A DNA stretch of 64,000 nucleotides from Clostridia bacterium (GTDB taxonomy: Bacteria; Bacillota; Clostridia; Oscillospirales; Acutalibacteraceae). Shown here one piece after another: positions 1 to 8,508 of this stretch. The stretch lies in NCBI GenBank assembly GCA_900768075.1, contig CAAGBN010000068.1:10827-74826 (forward strand), in the 5' to 3' direction. Each line of letters opens with the position of its first letter. Positions within the stretch are counted from its first letter, which is position 1. Below the pieces are notes generated by a model, which searched no databases, was not told the origin of the DNA, and saw only the letters and a list, made by a program, of their open reading frames with translations. The translations under genes were made by a program, and so were the position numbers.

Positions 1-66
1 AAACCTTGTAACAAAACAGCGCTTTTCGGCATTAACATACAGAACGAAGGGAAAGGAGATGAAAAA

Positions 67-543
67 ATGCAGTCCATGGATGACATATATCAAAGCTATG
101 CCCTTACGGTCTATAAATATCTTTTTAGCCTTTGCAGAAACGATGACCTTGCCGAAGAGCTGACGCAGGAGACCTTCTATCAGGCAATAAAAAGCATCAA
201 CCGTTTTGACGGAAGCTGTCATATATCCACCTGGCTATGTGCTATAGCTAAAAATCAGTTTTTATCGTACCAGAGAAAGCATCCGCAAACAGCAGAGCTT
301 GAAAGCTACGATGCGGTATCACCGTCGGCTGAAGATGATGCAGTAGCCTATGAAAACCGAGTAGAGCTACTGAGAAAACTGCATTTATGCCCCGAGCCTT
401 ACCGGGAAATTCTGTATCTGAGGATTTTCGGCAATCTGTCTTTTAAGGAGATAGGCGACATATTAGGCAAAACGGAAAACTGGGCAAGAGTTACATTTTA
501 CAGAGGTAAAGAAAAGCTGAGAAAGGAGCTTGAGAAATTATGA
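67..543 (+). CDS. ECF-type (group IV) RNA polymerase sigma-70 family factor
   Basis: 158 aa. Region 2 (DLAEELTQETFYQA) and region 4 HTH (LSFKEIGDILGKTENWARVTFYRGKEKL) are typical of ECF sigmas. A GGAG RBS lies upstream. The stop overlaps the next ORF start (ATGA at 540-543). Confidence 0.85.
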   Translation: MQSMDDIYQSYALTVYKYLFSLCRNDDLAEELTQETFYQAIKSINRFDGSCHISTWLCAIAKNQFLSYQRKHPQTAELESYDAVSPSAEDDAVAYENRVELLRKLHLCPEPYREILYLRIFGNLSFKEIGDILGKTENWARVTFYRGKEKLRKELEKL

Positions 544-1946
544 AAAACAATCTTACTTGCGAAATAGTTGAAGATTTAATGCCCTCATACATAGACGGTC
601 TTACAAGCGAAGTGACCAACAAGGCAGTCAGAGAGCATCTGTCGCAGTGTGATAAGTGCAAAAATAAGCTTGACACTATGTCAGAGCCTTGCAGTGAGGA
701 CAAAATAGAGCAGGAGAAGAAAGAGATAGACTTTCTTAAGAAAAACAGAAGAAAGAACATCAGGACGAAGCTCATAAGTCTGCTTGCAGTTGTGCTTGTG
801 GTGGCTGTTGCCGTTTGTACACTGCCGTATATTGGAGACAAGAGAATAAGCGATTATGGTATGCTTTGCAATCTTGAAGTTCAAGACAATACCTTTAAGC
901 TGACAATGATACCAAATGACAAGGATGTTGTTATCAGTGATGTCGTCAGGGCGTGTTACGGACTTAACGAAGAAGGCATCGAAGTAAGAGGCAGAAAGAG
1001 AAGTCCTTTTGACAAGCGAGAAGACTACACCTGGGAATATACTTATGAAAACGAAGTTAAAACCTTTAAGCTTGGGGACAGAATTTTATGGGAAGACGGA
1101 GAATATATATCTGACATAACATCAGCAGTCTTCGAGCACTGGCATCCTTATGTGGGTGATGTTACAGCTAACGGTCAACTCGCTTACGCATTGGGAATAA
1201 AAAAATATATTGGCGACTATACAACCAAGCTTCACACCATAGCAGAACCTTACGGCTGGAGTATGACACTTAACTACGAGCTTTTACCACAGCAGGTTGA
1301 AGAAAAGGAAGCTCTTATGAGAAGCTATTCTTATGTTCTTTTGGCTTTAGTCGATAACGTTGACAACATAACCTTTAATTATGAGATTTTCAACTCTGAC
1401 GGTGATGATGAAAAGTGTCAGTTCAGAACAACAAGGAAACAAGCTGATAAATACTTCGGTGATGATATAAGAAAATGTAATAAGGATATAAACGAACTGC
1501 AGAAGCTTATGGAAATGACAGGTCTCGCTGATTTGCCTTATTCACAAATTTATGATGAAAGATACGGAGTAGCAGCAGATGCGTCAGAAGCAATTATTTT
1601 CCGTATCCTCAACAACAGCGATGCTGATATTCAGTCTATTCATATGACTTGGCTTGACCAGGAAAATGGAATAGGTATGGGCTACGGCATTGAAAGAGAC
1701 TTTTTAAGCTTTGGTAAAAGCAGAGTCAATCCCAGGGAATATGACTTTGACCTTGATGAGCTCAGCGAAAACAAATATGACGAAAAGCGACTCGGCACTA
1801 CTGAATTTCAGATTTCAGTTTATGATTTTGACGGAAATGAATACATTGTTGATGATACCGTCGAAGTCAGCGCACAGTTTGGTGCAGTTTACTACCTCGT
1901 TTTAGACGGCACCTTTGAAGACGGCTTCACAGTCAAAATCAAATAA
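540..1946 (+). CDS. Anti-sigma factor: zf-HC2 N-terminus, one TM helix, large extracytoplasmic domain
   Basis: Translationally coupled to the ECF sigma. H-x3-C-x2-C motif (HLSQCDKC). A single hydrophobic helix (LISLLAVVLVVAVAVCTLPYI) is followed by about 370 aa predicted to be outside the cell. Confidence 0.7.
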   Translation: MKNNLTCEIVEDLMPSYIDGLTSEVTNKAVREHLSQCDKCKNKLDTMSEPCSEDKIEQEKKEIDFLKKNRRKNIRTKLISLLAVVLVVAVAVCTLPYIGDKRISDYGMLCNLEVQDNTFKLTMIPNDKDVVISDVVRACYGLNEEGIEVRGRKRSPFDKREDYTWEYTYENEVKTFKLGDRILWEDGEYISDITSAVFEHWHPYVGDVTANGQLAYALGIKKYIGDYTTKLHTIAEPYGWSMTLNYELLPQQVEEKEALMRSYSYVLLALVDNVDNITFNYEIFNSDGDDEKCQFRTTRKQADKYFGDDIRKCNKDINELQKLMEMTGLADLPYSQIYDERYGVAADASEAIIFRILNNSDADIQSIHMTWLDQENGIGMGYGIERDFLSFGKSRVNPREYDFDLDELSENKYDEKRLGTTEFQISVYDFDGNEYIVDDTVEVSAQFGAVYYLVLDGTFEDGFTVKIK

Positions 1947-1953
1947 CAAAAAA

Positions 1954-1982
1954 GGGGCGACTTCTGGTCGTCCCTTTCTTTA
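1954..1982. terminator. Bidirectional intrinsic terminator between convergent genes
   Basis: Stem ggggcgac / gtcgtccc (one G-U pair), loop ttctg, followed by tttctttat. A-rich on the other side. Confidence 0.6.
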
Positions 1983-2006
1983 TCGCTCGCCACAGAGTGC
2001 TGATTT

Positions 2007-2741
2007 TTAATCAAACACCCACATCTTCACAACAGCCATCATCTCACGCATATAATTCATCGGCACAGTATACCATATAATGTCTGTGCCAAGGTGTGCG
2101 ATATCAATAAAGCCCTCGTCCTCAGCGTAATATGCACCTCTATAGACGTGATAAGCGTTAGTAACAAAAACCACCGACGATAAATCCAAACCCATTTCTT
2201 CCATTATAGCTCGTGAGTTGCGGAAGTTTGTGATAGTTGATGTTGACTTGTCTTCCATAATAATTTTATCCTCGGCTATGCCTTTATCTACAAGATATCG
2301 CTTCATAGCAAGAGCCTCGCTGATATCCTCCTGAGGTCCCTGACCGCCAGACACGATAATCATGGCCTCAGGGTTTTTCTCGTGGTACTCTGCCGCCTTA
2401 TCCAGCCTTTTTGCAAGACCTACACTTACTCTCTCTCCTCGGAGTCCACAACCTAAAACTATCACCGTCTGCTCCGTGTAATCGGCAGTGTCCCGACTGC
2501 CGTAAGCTGCAAGAAAACCGCCAAAGCTGAGAATAACTATAAGACCTACAGCGAGAAAAGTACCGATAATTTTTTTAAAGGGAAGCTTATCGTAGAATAA
2601 GCCGTATCCTAAAAGCACTGCACCGAGGCCTGCAACGGGCACCATACCGAGATTTATATTTGATATTAATATCAGCAGAATGAAGTTGCCAAGAAGCAAT
2701 GAGCCTGCCGTGATACTGAGGATTTTAACTGTCTTTTTCAT
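2007..2741 (-). CDS. YdcF/DUF218 (ElyC/SanA-like) membrane protein
   Basis: N-terminal TM helices followed by VIVLGCG...IIVSGGQG...ISEA, characteristic of DUF218. Confidence 0.75.
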   Translation of the reverse strand: MKKTVKILSITAGSLLLGNFILLILISNINLGMVPVAGLGAVLLGYGLFYDKLPFKKIIGTFLAVGLIVILSFGGFLAAYGSRDTADYTEQTVIVLGCGLRGERVSVGLAKRLDKAAEYHEKNPEAMIIVSGGQGPQEDISEALAMKRYLVDKGIAEDKIIMEDKSTSTITNFRNSRAIMEEMGLDLSSVVFVTNAYHVYRGAYYAEDEGFIDIAHLGTDIIWYTVPMNYMREMMAVVKMWVFD

Positions 2742-2834
2742 ATTTGCACCTCCTACTTTTCTGATTTAAGTTTAACACCCTCCTGACTTTTAATCAAGAG
2801 GGTGCAGTGATACTTAAGAAAATTGTAAGGATTA

Positions 2835-3755
2835 TCAAGGAAGTCTGTAGCCAGCCTCACGATAGATTCTGTACCAGTCTTCACGGGAGATAGTGATATC
2901 TGCAGCCTCAGCCACAGCCTTGATTCTATCGGGATTGGTACTGCCCACGATGGGCTGCATTTTTTCGGGAAGTCTCAGAAGCCACGTAATAGCCATACCT
3001 GTTGCAGTTGTGCCGTATTTTTCAGCAAGCTCATCGATGACCTTGTTAAGACTCTTATATTTTTTGTTGTCTACGAAGTTGCCTGCAATAAAACCGTACT
3101 GTAAGGGTGACCAGGGCTGGATAGTGATGCCCTTGAGTCTGCAGTAATCTCTGAGATAGCCGTCATAATTCACACCGTCTTCGCAGGGGAGGTTGACATT
3201 TGCACCGCTTGCTATCATATTGGCATTGGTAATGCTCAGCTGCATCTGATTGATAGAAAGCTTCTGCTTCATCTCTCTTTGAAGAAGCTCAATCTGAAGT
3301 GCGCTGTGATTTGATACACCGAAAGCACCTACCTTGCCCTTTGCTTCGAGCTCGTCAAAGGCTTCTGCAACCTCAGTGGGCTCCATAAGCAGGTCCGGTC
3401 TGTGCAGAAGAAGCACATCGACTCTTTCCACACCGAGTCTTTTCAGTGAGCCGTCAACGGCTGAAATAATATGCTCCTTTGAAAAGTCATACATACTACC
3501 GGGTACGATTGAGCATTTGGTCTGAATATAGATTTTATCTCTGAGAGTGGGATTTCTCTTAAGTGCCGCACCGAAGACCTCCTCACACTTGCCTGAGCCA
3601 TAAATATCAGCGTGGTCGAAGTAGTTGATACCGAGCTCAACTGCATTGTTCAGATAGAAGTCCATTTCTTTATCGGTTTTGTCGCCGATTCTCATACAGC
3701 CGAGAGCCACCTGAGAGACGTCACATTTGTCTGAAAAAGTGTTGATGTATTTCAT
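2835..3755 (-). CDS. Aldo/keto reductase family oxidoreductase
   Basis: 306 aa. The segments LGCMRIG, NYFDHADIYG, LLLHRPD and GVSNH match AKR signatures. Confidence 0.85.
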   Translation of the reverse strand: MKYINTFSDKCDVSQVALGCMRIGDKTDKEMDFYLNNAVELGINYFDHADIYGSGKCEEVFGAALKRNPTLRDKIYIQTKCSIVPGSMYDFSKEHIISAVDGSLKRLGVERVDVLLLHRPDLLMEPTEVAEAFDELEAKGKVGAFGVSNHSALQIELLQREMKQKLSINQMQLSITNANMIASGANVNLPCEDGVNYDGYLRDYCRLKGITIQPWSPLQYGFIAGNFVDNKKYKSLNKVIDELAEKYGTTATGMAITWLLRLPEKMQPIVGSTNPDRIKAVAEAADITISREDWYRIYREAGYRLP

Positions 3756-3857
3756 AATGTTTCTCCTTTTATTAAGTTGAGTTAATTATATCATTATATT
3801 TCTCAAATAGCAAGGATTTGAGAGGGAGATAATAACTGATTTATTTCTGCTTTTCTC

Positions 3858-3886
3858 TTGACATATTTTCAATTAGGGAGTATAAT
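3858..3886 (+). promoter_or_regulatory. Sigma-A promoter of the pheST leader
   Basis: TTGACA (3858-3863), 17-nt spacer, TATAAT (3881-3886). Confidence 0.65.
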
Positions 3887-3892
3887 CTATGC

Positions 3893-4142
3893 AATATCGT
3901 TTAAAAGCTATGACTGAGAAAACAGTAGTCGACGGACAAGACTTTTCAGAGAGGGATTCATATGCTGAAAGAATCCTACTGTCCCCGAAGATGAATTTCG
4001 CCTCACGAGCCGCCTGTGAAAAGCAGGATGTAGTTGCTGCATTAAAGCAAACCAAAGTGGCAGGGTACAAAACAAACCTTGCAATTTGAGTGGTACCACG
4101 GATATTTTTCCGCCTCAATGTTATGAGGCGGTTTTATTTTTT
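3893..4142 (+). promoter_or_regulatory. T-box riboswitch leader (Phe) with terminator/antiterminator
   Basis: T-box sequence aatttgagtggtaccacgg at 4083-4101. Terminator ccgcctc/gaggcgg at 4110-4131 followed by a T-tract. AGAGA-type motif at 3947-3953. Tentative UUC specifier at 3997-3999. Lies directly upstream of pheS. Confidence 0.8.
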
Positions 4143-4158
4143 ATATGGAGGTTTAACA

Positions 4159-5211
4159 ATGGATAACAAAATTGCTGCTATCAAAGAACAGTTTTTAGCT
4201 GAGCTTGCAAAGGCTGAAAATTCAGCTGACCTTGAAGCAATAAGAGTTGCTTATCTCGGTAAAAAAGGCTTCGTAACAGAGCTTATGAAAGAGATGAAAG
4301 ATCTTTCAGTTGAAGAAAAGAAAACTTTCGGCCAGAAGGTAAACATAATCAAGGGCGAAGTAACTGATAAGCTTGCTGAAAAGAATCAGGAGCTCAAGGA
4401 AAAAGAGCTTCTCAAGGAAATCGAATCAATGCCCGAATTCGATATTTCAATGCCCCCCACACTCGGTGAAGGCTCATACCATCCTGTAACACTCGTACAG
4501 CGTCAGGCTGAAAGAATCTTCAAGTCAATGGGCTTCACAGTAGAAGACTATGCTGAGGTTGTTTCAGACTACGAATGCTTCGAGTCACTTAACATTCCCA
4601 AGCACCACCCTGCAAGAGATATGCAGGATACCTACTATCTTGAAAACGGCCAGCTTCTCAAGAGCCAGACTTCAGCTGCTCAGAACGCTATTTACAAGAA
4701 GTATAAGGATGCACTCGTTAAAGACGGTGTACCCATCAAGGCTATTTTCCCCGGCCGTTGCTTCAGAAACGAGGCAACAGATGCTTGTCACGAAAACACA
4801 TTCTTCCAGATGGAGGGTGTAATGGTTGACAAGAACATCTCAATCTCAAACCTTATCTACTTTATGAAAACTATGCTTTCAGAAGTATTCCAGAAGGATA
4901 TCAAGGTTCGTCTCAGACCCGGCTTCTTCCCCTTCGTTGAACCCGGCTTCGAGCTTGATATCAGCTGTCTCATCTGCGGCGGTGAGGGCTGTCCCTCTTG
5001 TAAGCACAGCGGTTGGCTTGAGCTTTGCCCCTGCGGTATGATTCACCCGGAAGTGCTCAAGGCAGGCGGCATCGACCCTGACGAGTACACAGGCTTTGCT
5101 TTCGGTCTTGGTCTTACAAGACTTGTTATGATGAAATACGGTATTAAAGATATCCGTGACCTTAACGGTGGCTCACTCAAGTCACTTACACAGTTCACAG
5201 ACGACGAATAA
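4159..5211 (+). CDS. pheS: Phenylalanine--tRNA ligase alpha subunit
   Basis: Class II aaRS motifs (HPARDMQDTYY, FRNEATDACH, GFAFGLGLTRL). Start chosen at ATG 4159 (MDNKIAAIKEQ) behind GGAGG; the track start at 4090 lies inside the T-box terminator. Confidence 0.95.
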   Translation: MDNKIAAIKEQFLAELAKAENSADLEAIRVAYLGKKGFVTELMKEMKDLSVEEKKTFGQKVNIIKGEVTDKLAEKNQELKEKELLKEIESMPEFDISMPPTLGEGSYHPVTLVQRQAERIFKSMGFTVEDYAEVVSDYECFESLNIPKHHPARDMQDTYYLENGQLLKSQTSAAQNAIYKKYKDALVKDGVPIKAIFPGRCFRNEATDACHENTFFQMEGVMVDKNISISNLIYFMKTMLSEVFQKDIKVRLRPGFFPFVEPGFELDISCLICGGEGCPSCKHSGWLELCPCGMIHPEVLKAGGIDPDEYTGFAFGLGLTRLVMMKYGIKDIRDLNGGSLKSLTQFTDDE

Positions 5212-5232
5212 TAGGAAAGGAGAGAGTAACTA

Positions 5233-7593
5233 ATGTTTTTATCAATGAATTGGATTTCAGACTTTGTTGACCTTGAGGGTATCGATAAGCTTGACCTTAT
5301 CCACAGATTCTCACTCTCAACAGCTGAAGTTGAAAACGAAATTTTCTTCAAGGGTAGCGACATCAGCGGTATCGTTGTTGCTGAAATCAAGGAAATCGCA
5401 GATCACCCCGAATCAAAGAAGCTTCACCTTTTAAAGGTTGATGCAGGCGACGGTCAGCTCACAGATGTTGTTTGCGGTGCTCCCAATGTAAGAGTTGGTA
5501 TGAAGACTGCTTTTGCTAAAATCGGTGCAAAGATCGGTGAAATCGATATCACACCCAGAGCTCTTGCAGGTTACACCTCCTACGGTATGTGCTGCAGCGG
5601 TAAGGAAATCGGTATCAGCGACGATAACAGCGGTATTATGGATATTACAGACGATATTCCCAACGGTACCGATATCAAGGATGCATACGAAGTTGAAGAT
5701 ATCATCTTCGAGGTTGACAATAAGTCACTCACAAACCGTCCTGACCTCTGGGGTCACTACGGTATTGCAAGAGAGTTTGCAGCTCTTGCAGGCAGACCTC
5801 TCAAGGCTCTTGACAGTGCAGATCTTTCCAAGTATGACAATCTTCCCAAGGTTGATATGAAAATCGAAGACGACCTTTGTCAGAGATATTCCTGCTTACA
5901 GGTTGAAAACATCACAAAGAATGTCAGCCCCGTAAATATGCAGATCAGACTCTTCTACTGCGGTATGAGAAGCATTAATCTTCTCGCTGACCTTACAAAC
6001 TACCTTATGCTTGAAATGGGTCAGCCTATGCACGCTTTCGACTCAAGAAAGGTTGAAAAGCTTCGCATCAAGCGTTTCGATGAAAGCTTCAGCTTCACAA
6101 CTCTTGACGGTATCGAGAGAAACATCGACGAAAACACACTTATGATCTGTAACGGTGACACACCTGTTGCTATTGCAGGTATTATGGGTGGTCTTGACAG
6201 TGAAATCGTTGAAGACACAACAACACTTACTCTTGAAAGTGCTACCTTCAACGCTGTTTCAATCCGTAAGTCAACAGTAAGACTTTCACACAGAACAGAC
6301 GCTTCAATGAGATATGAGAAGTGCCTTGACCCCGAAATGACAGTACCTGCTATTGCCCGTTTCGTTAAGCTTCTTCAGGATATCGACGGTGGCGTGAATG
6401 TTGTTTCAGCTCTTACAGACGAAAAAGCTTTCGAATACGATAAGGTAAGCCTCAGCTTCGACAAGAAGTTTGTTGACAGATATACAGGTATCGAAATCAG
6501 CAACGAAACTATCGTTAAGACTCTCGAAAGCCTCGGCTTCGGTGTAGAGCTTAAGGGTGACGATTTCACAGTTGCAGTACCCTCATGGAGAGCAACTAAG
6601 GACGTAACTATCAAGGCTGACATCATCGAAGAAATCACAAGAATTTACGGCTACGATAACTTCGATATCCACACAACAGAGTCACCTATTTATCCCGTAC
6701 GTCCCGATGTAGAAAAGACAGTTGAAGACAAAATCAAGGATATCCTTGTTAAGCGCTTCTCACTTCACGAAATGCACTCATATGTATGGATGTACTACGA
6801 TGAGTGTAAGGATCTCGGCATCGAAATCGAAGATAACGTTAAGCTTGTAAATGCTACTAACCCCAACATTGAGGTTATCAGAAAGTCAATCGTTCCCACA
6901 CAGCTTTGTCAGGCTAAGATCAACAACACATATGCTCCCTCATTCGGCATCTTCGAAGTGGGCAGAGTTGTTGAAGGTCTTAAGGAAGACGGACTTTGCA
7001 ACGAAAAGAAGAAGCTTGCTATCACACTCTTCTCAAAGACAAAGTCAATGGAAGAAATTTACTTCGAGCTTCGTGATATGCTTGCAACTCTTGCTCTTGA
7101 TATCAAGCATCTTTCACTTTCATATGAAACTATCGCAGCTACACATTGCTATCAGCATCCCAAGAACCTCAACGCTGTAATTCTCGGTGGCAAGGTTATC
7201 GGTGAAATCGGTATTGTTCATCCTACAGTATCAAAGAAGGTTGATAAGAAGGCTAACATTGTTTACGCTGAAATCGACGTTAAGGATTTCGCTGAAGCTG
7301 CAGCAGATGCTATCAAGTACGAAGAACCCTCAAAGTTCCCCGGCATCGAAATTGACCTTTCATTCATTAGCGATAAGTTTGCTCCTATCGGCAAGGCTAT
7401 TGCAGATGCAAACTGTCCTCTTGTTAAGAAGACAGAGGTAGTTGATACTTACGCTGACGAAAACGGTAAGTCAATCACTTCAAGAATCACTTTTGCTCAT
7501 CCTGAAAAGACTCTTACAAAGGAAGAGGTTATGGATGTTGTAAACGGCATTATTGCTGACCTTGAAGCAAAGGGCATCAGCCTCAAGAAATAA
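5233..7593 (+). CDS. pheT: Phenylalanine--tRNA ligase beta subunit
   Basis: 786 aa. N-terminal tRNA-binding domain, B3/4, B5 and FDX-ACB-like C-terminus. Immediately follows pheS. Confidence 0.95.
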   Translation: MFLSMNWISDFVDLEGIDKLDLIHRFSLSTAEVENEIFFKGSDISGIVVAEIKEIADHPESKKLHLLKVDAGDGQLTDVVCGAPNVRVGMKTAFAKIGAKIGEIDITPRALAGYTSYGMCCSGKEIGISDDNSGIMDITDDIPNGTDIKDAYEVEDIIFEVDNKSLTNRPDLWGHYGIAREFAALAGRPLKALDSADLSKYDNLPKVDMKIEDDLCQRYSCLQVENITKNVSPVNMQIRLFYCGMRSINLLADLTNYLMLEMGQPMHAFDSRKVEKLRIKRFDESFSFTTLDGIERNIDENTLMICNGDTPVAIAGIMGGLDSEIVEDTTTLTLESATFNAVSIRKSTVRLSHRTDASMRYEKCLDPEMTVPAIARFVKLLQDIDGGVNVVSALTDEKAFEYDKVSLSFDKKFVDRYTGIEISNETIVKTLESLGFGVELKGDDFTVAVPSWRATKDVTIKADIIEEITRIYGYDNFDIHTTESPIYPVRPDVEKTVEDKIKDILVKRFSLHEMHSYVWMYYDECKDLGIEIEDNVKLVNATNPNIEVIRKSIVPTQLCQAKINNTYAPSFGIFEVGRVVEGLKEDGLCNEKKKLAITLFSKTKSMEEIYFELRDMLATLALDIKHLSLSYETIAATHCYQHPKNLNAVILGGKVIGEIGIVHPTVSKKVDKKANIVYAEIDVKDFAEAAADAIKYEEPSKFPGIEIDLSFISDKFAPIGKAIADANCPLVKKTEVVDTYADENGKSITSRITFAHPEKTLTKEEVMDVVNGIIADLEAKGISLKK

Positions 7594-7597
7594 AAAA

Positions 7598-7656
7598 TAT
7601 CGCGTTTTTGATTCTTTTTCCGCGATAGGAAAAAGAATGCCTGCCCGGCTAGGGCA
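7598..7656 (+). repeat. Stop-codon-proximal two-hairpin repeat, family A, copy A1
   Basis: HP1 attctttttcc (7611-7621) / ggaaaaagaat (7628-7638). HP2 tgccc-ggcta-gggca (7642-7656). Near-identical to 55503-55545 and related to 8305-8359 and 57751-57810. Confidence 0.8.
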
Positions 7657-7671
7657 AAGAAAGATTGATAA

Positions 7672-7749
7672 CCCCTCAGTCAAAATTGACAAGCCAATTT
7701 TGACATCTCTCCTTTCAGGGGCGACTAGAAAGAGGTTGCACCTGCGGTG
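7672..7749 (+). repeat. Structured repeat module B, copy B1
   Basis: The flanks cccctc..gtca..tgacatctc..cctttcagggg.gac..gaggtt are shared with 55627-55691. The internal hairpin is replaced (gtcaaaattg/caattttgac). Confidence 0.7.
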
Positions 7750-7760
7750 AAATTATAACA

Positions 7761-7796
7761 GTGCAGAAGTTAACCGCTTCTGCACTTGCTTTTTTA
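7761..7796 (+). terminator. Intrinsic terminator of pheST
   Basis: gtgcagaag / cttctgcac stem, loop ttaaccg, then ttgctttttt. Confidence 0.8.
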
Positions 7797-7849
7797 TAAA
7801 GATAATAGTATAATAACCCCATAGCCAATTGGCAAAAGGAGGAAAAAAT

Positions 7850-8302
7850 ATGAAAAACAGTAACGCCTTACAGGCAGTAAAATTCGCTTTGTTCTCAGCT
7901 TCGGCAGGTATCATTCAGGTAGGTTCATTCACACTGCTCAATGAGCTTGTTCTGCCTAACATCAACATCGAAAACGAAAAGATTATGGCAATTTTAAGTG
8001 CAGAATATGGTGTATGCTATCTTATCGCCCTTATCCTTTCGGTTTTATGGAATTTTACATTCAATCGTCGCTTTACCTTTAAGTCAGCAGCTAATGTGCC
8101 TATTGCTATGGCAAAGGTTTTCGGCTTCTATCTTGTGTTCACACCTGTTTCAACAATCCTCGGCGAAATGGCAACAGGCAAGGGTATCAATGAGTATATT
8201 GTTCTTGGTCTGACAATGCTTTCAAATATGGTGCTCGAGTATCTTTTCTGCAAGTTTGTGGTTTACAAGGGTCAGGAAAATACACTGGAAGAGAAAAAAT
8301 AA
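7850..8302 (+). CDS. GtrA family membrane protein
   Basis: About 150 aa with 4 TM helices. The FxLFSAxAGIIQ N-terminus and NFTFNRRFTFK motif are typical of GtrA-like proteins. ATG 7850 lies behind AAAGGAGG; the track start 7829 is a TTG. Confidence 0.75.
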   Translation: MKNSNALQAVKFALFSASAGIIQVGSFTLLNELVLPNINIENEKIMAILSAEYGVCYLIALILSVLWNFTFNRRFTFKSAANVPIAMAKVFGFYLVFTPVSTILGEMATGKGINEYIVLGLTMLSNMVLEYLFCKFVVYKGQENTLEEKK

Positions 8303-8304
8303 GG

Positions 8305-8359
8305 AAAGTTCTTTTGATTGCTTTTCTTTCAAGAAAAGTAATGCCTGCACGGCGAGTGC
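8305..8359 (+). repeat. Family A repeat, copy A2
   Basis: ttttgattgcttttct..agaaaagtaatgcc followed by tgcac-ggcga-gtgca. Aligns with A1, with a compensated HP2. Confidence 0.65.
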
Positions 8360-8475
8360 AAAGAAAAAATAGTTTGATAATATAAAGGACCGCAATGAAT
8401 TTTGGGAGCCACAAGAGGATATGCTTTTTGCCGGTGCACAAAAACAACACAAAATGCGCTGATTTTTATATTAAT

Positions 8476-8505
8476 AAAAGACGACTTCACACGAAGCCGT
8501 CTTTT
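8476..8505. terminator. Bidirectional terminator (gtrA-like / M23 peptidase gene)
   Basis: aaaagacgacttc / gaagccgtctttt with loop acac, flanked by A/T runs on both sides. Confidence 0.7.
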
Positions 8506-8508
8506 ATT

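Noticed and set aside
1-66. An ECF-type autoregulatory promoter upstream of the sigma gene (tgtaac ... cggc)
   Set aside because: The match to AAC/CGT-type ECF promoters is weak, and the region is truncated by the window edge.
3889-4089. 66-aa ORF (and the antisense ORFs 3873-4118 and 3908-4099) upstream of pheS
   Set aside because: It lies entirely inside the T-box leader, which has a promoter, specifier region, T-box and terminator. It has no RBS. The RNA element explains the region.
4090-4158. Extended pheS start at 4090 given by the ORF track
   Set aside because: The extension would be translated from within the T-box/terminator hairpin. ATG 4159 has a GGAGG RBS and gives the canonical PheS N-terminus.
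7480-7750. ORFs 7553-7750 (+) and 7480-7692 (-) spanning the pheT 3' region
   Set aside because: They run through the family A and B repeats. There is no RBS, and the reading frames are not conserved between repeat copies.
8187-8452. Two overlapping minus-strand ORFs (87 and 76 aa) after the gtrA-like gene
   Set aside because: They cover repeat copy A2 and an AT-rich spacer, have no RBS, and overlap each other in different frames.
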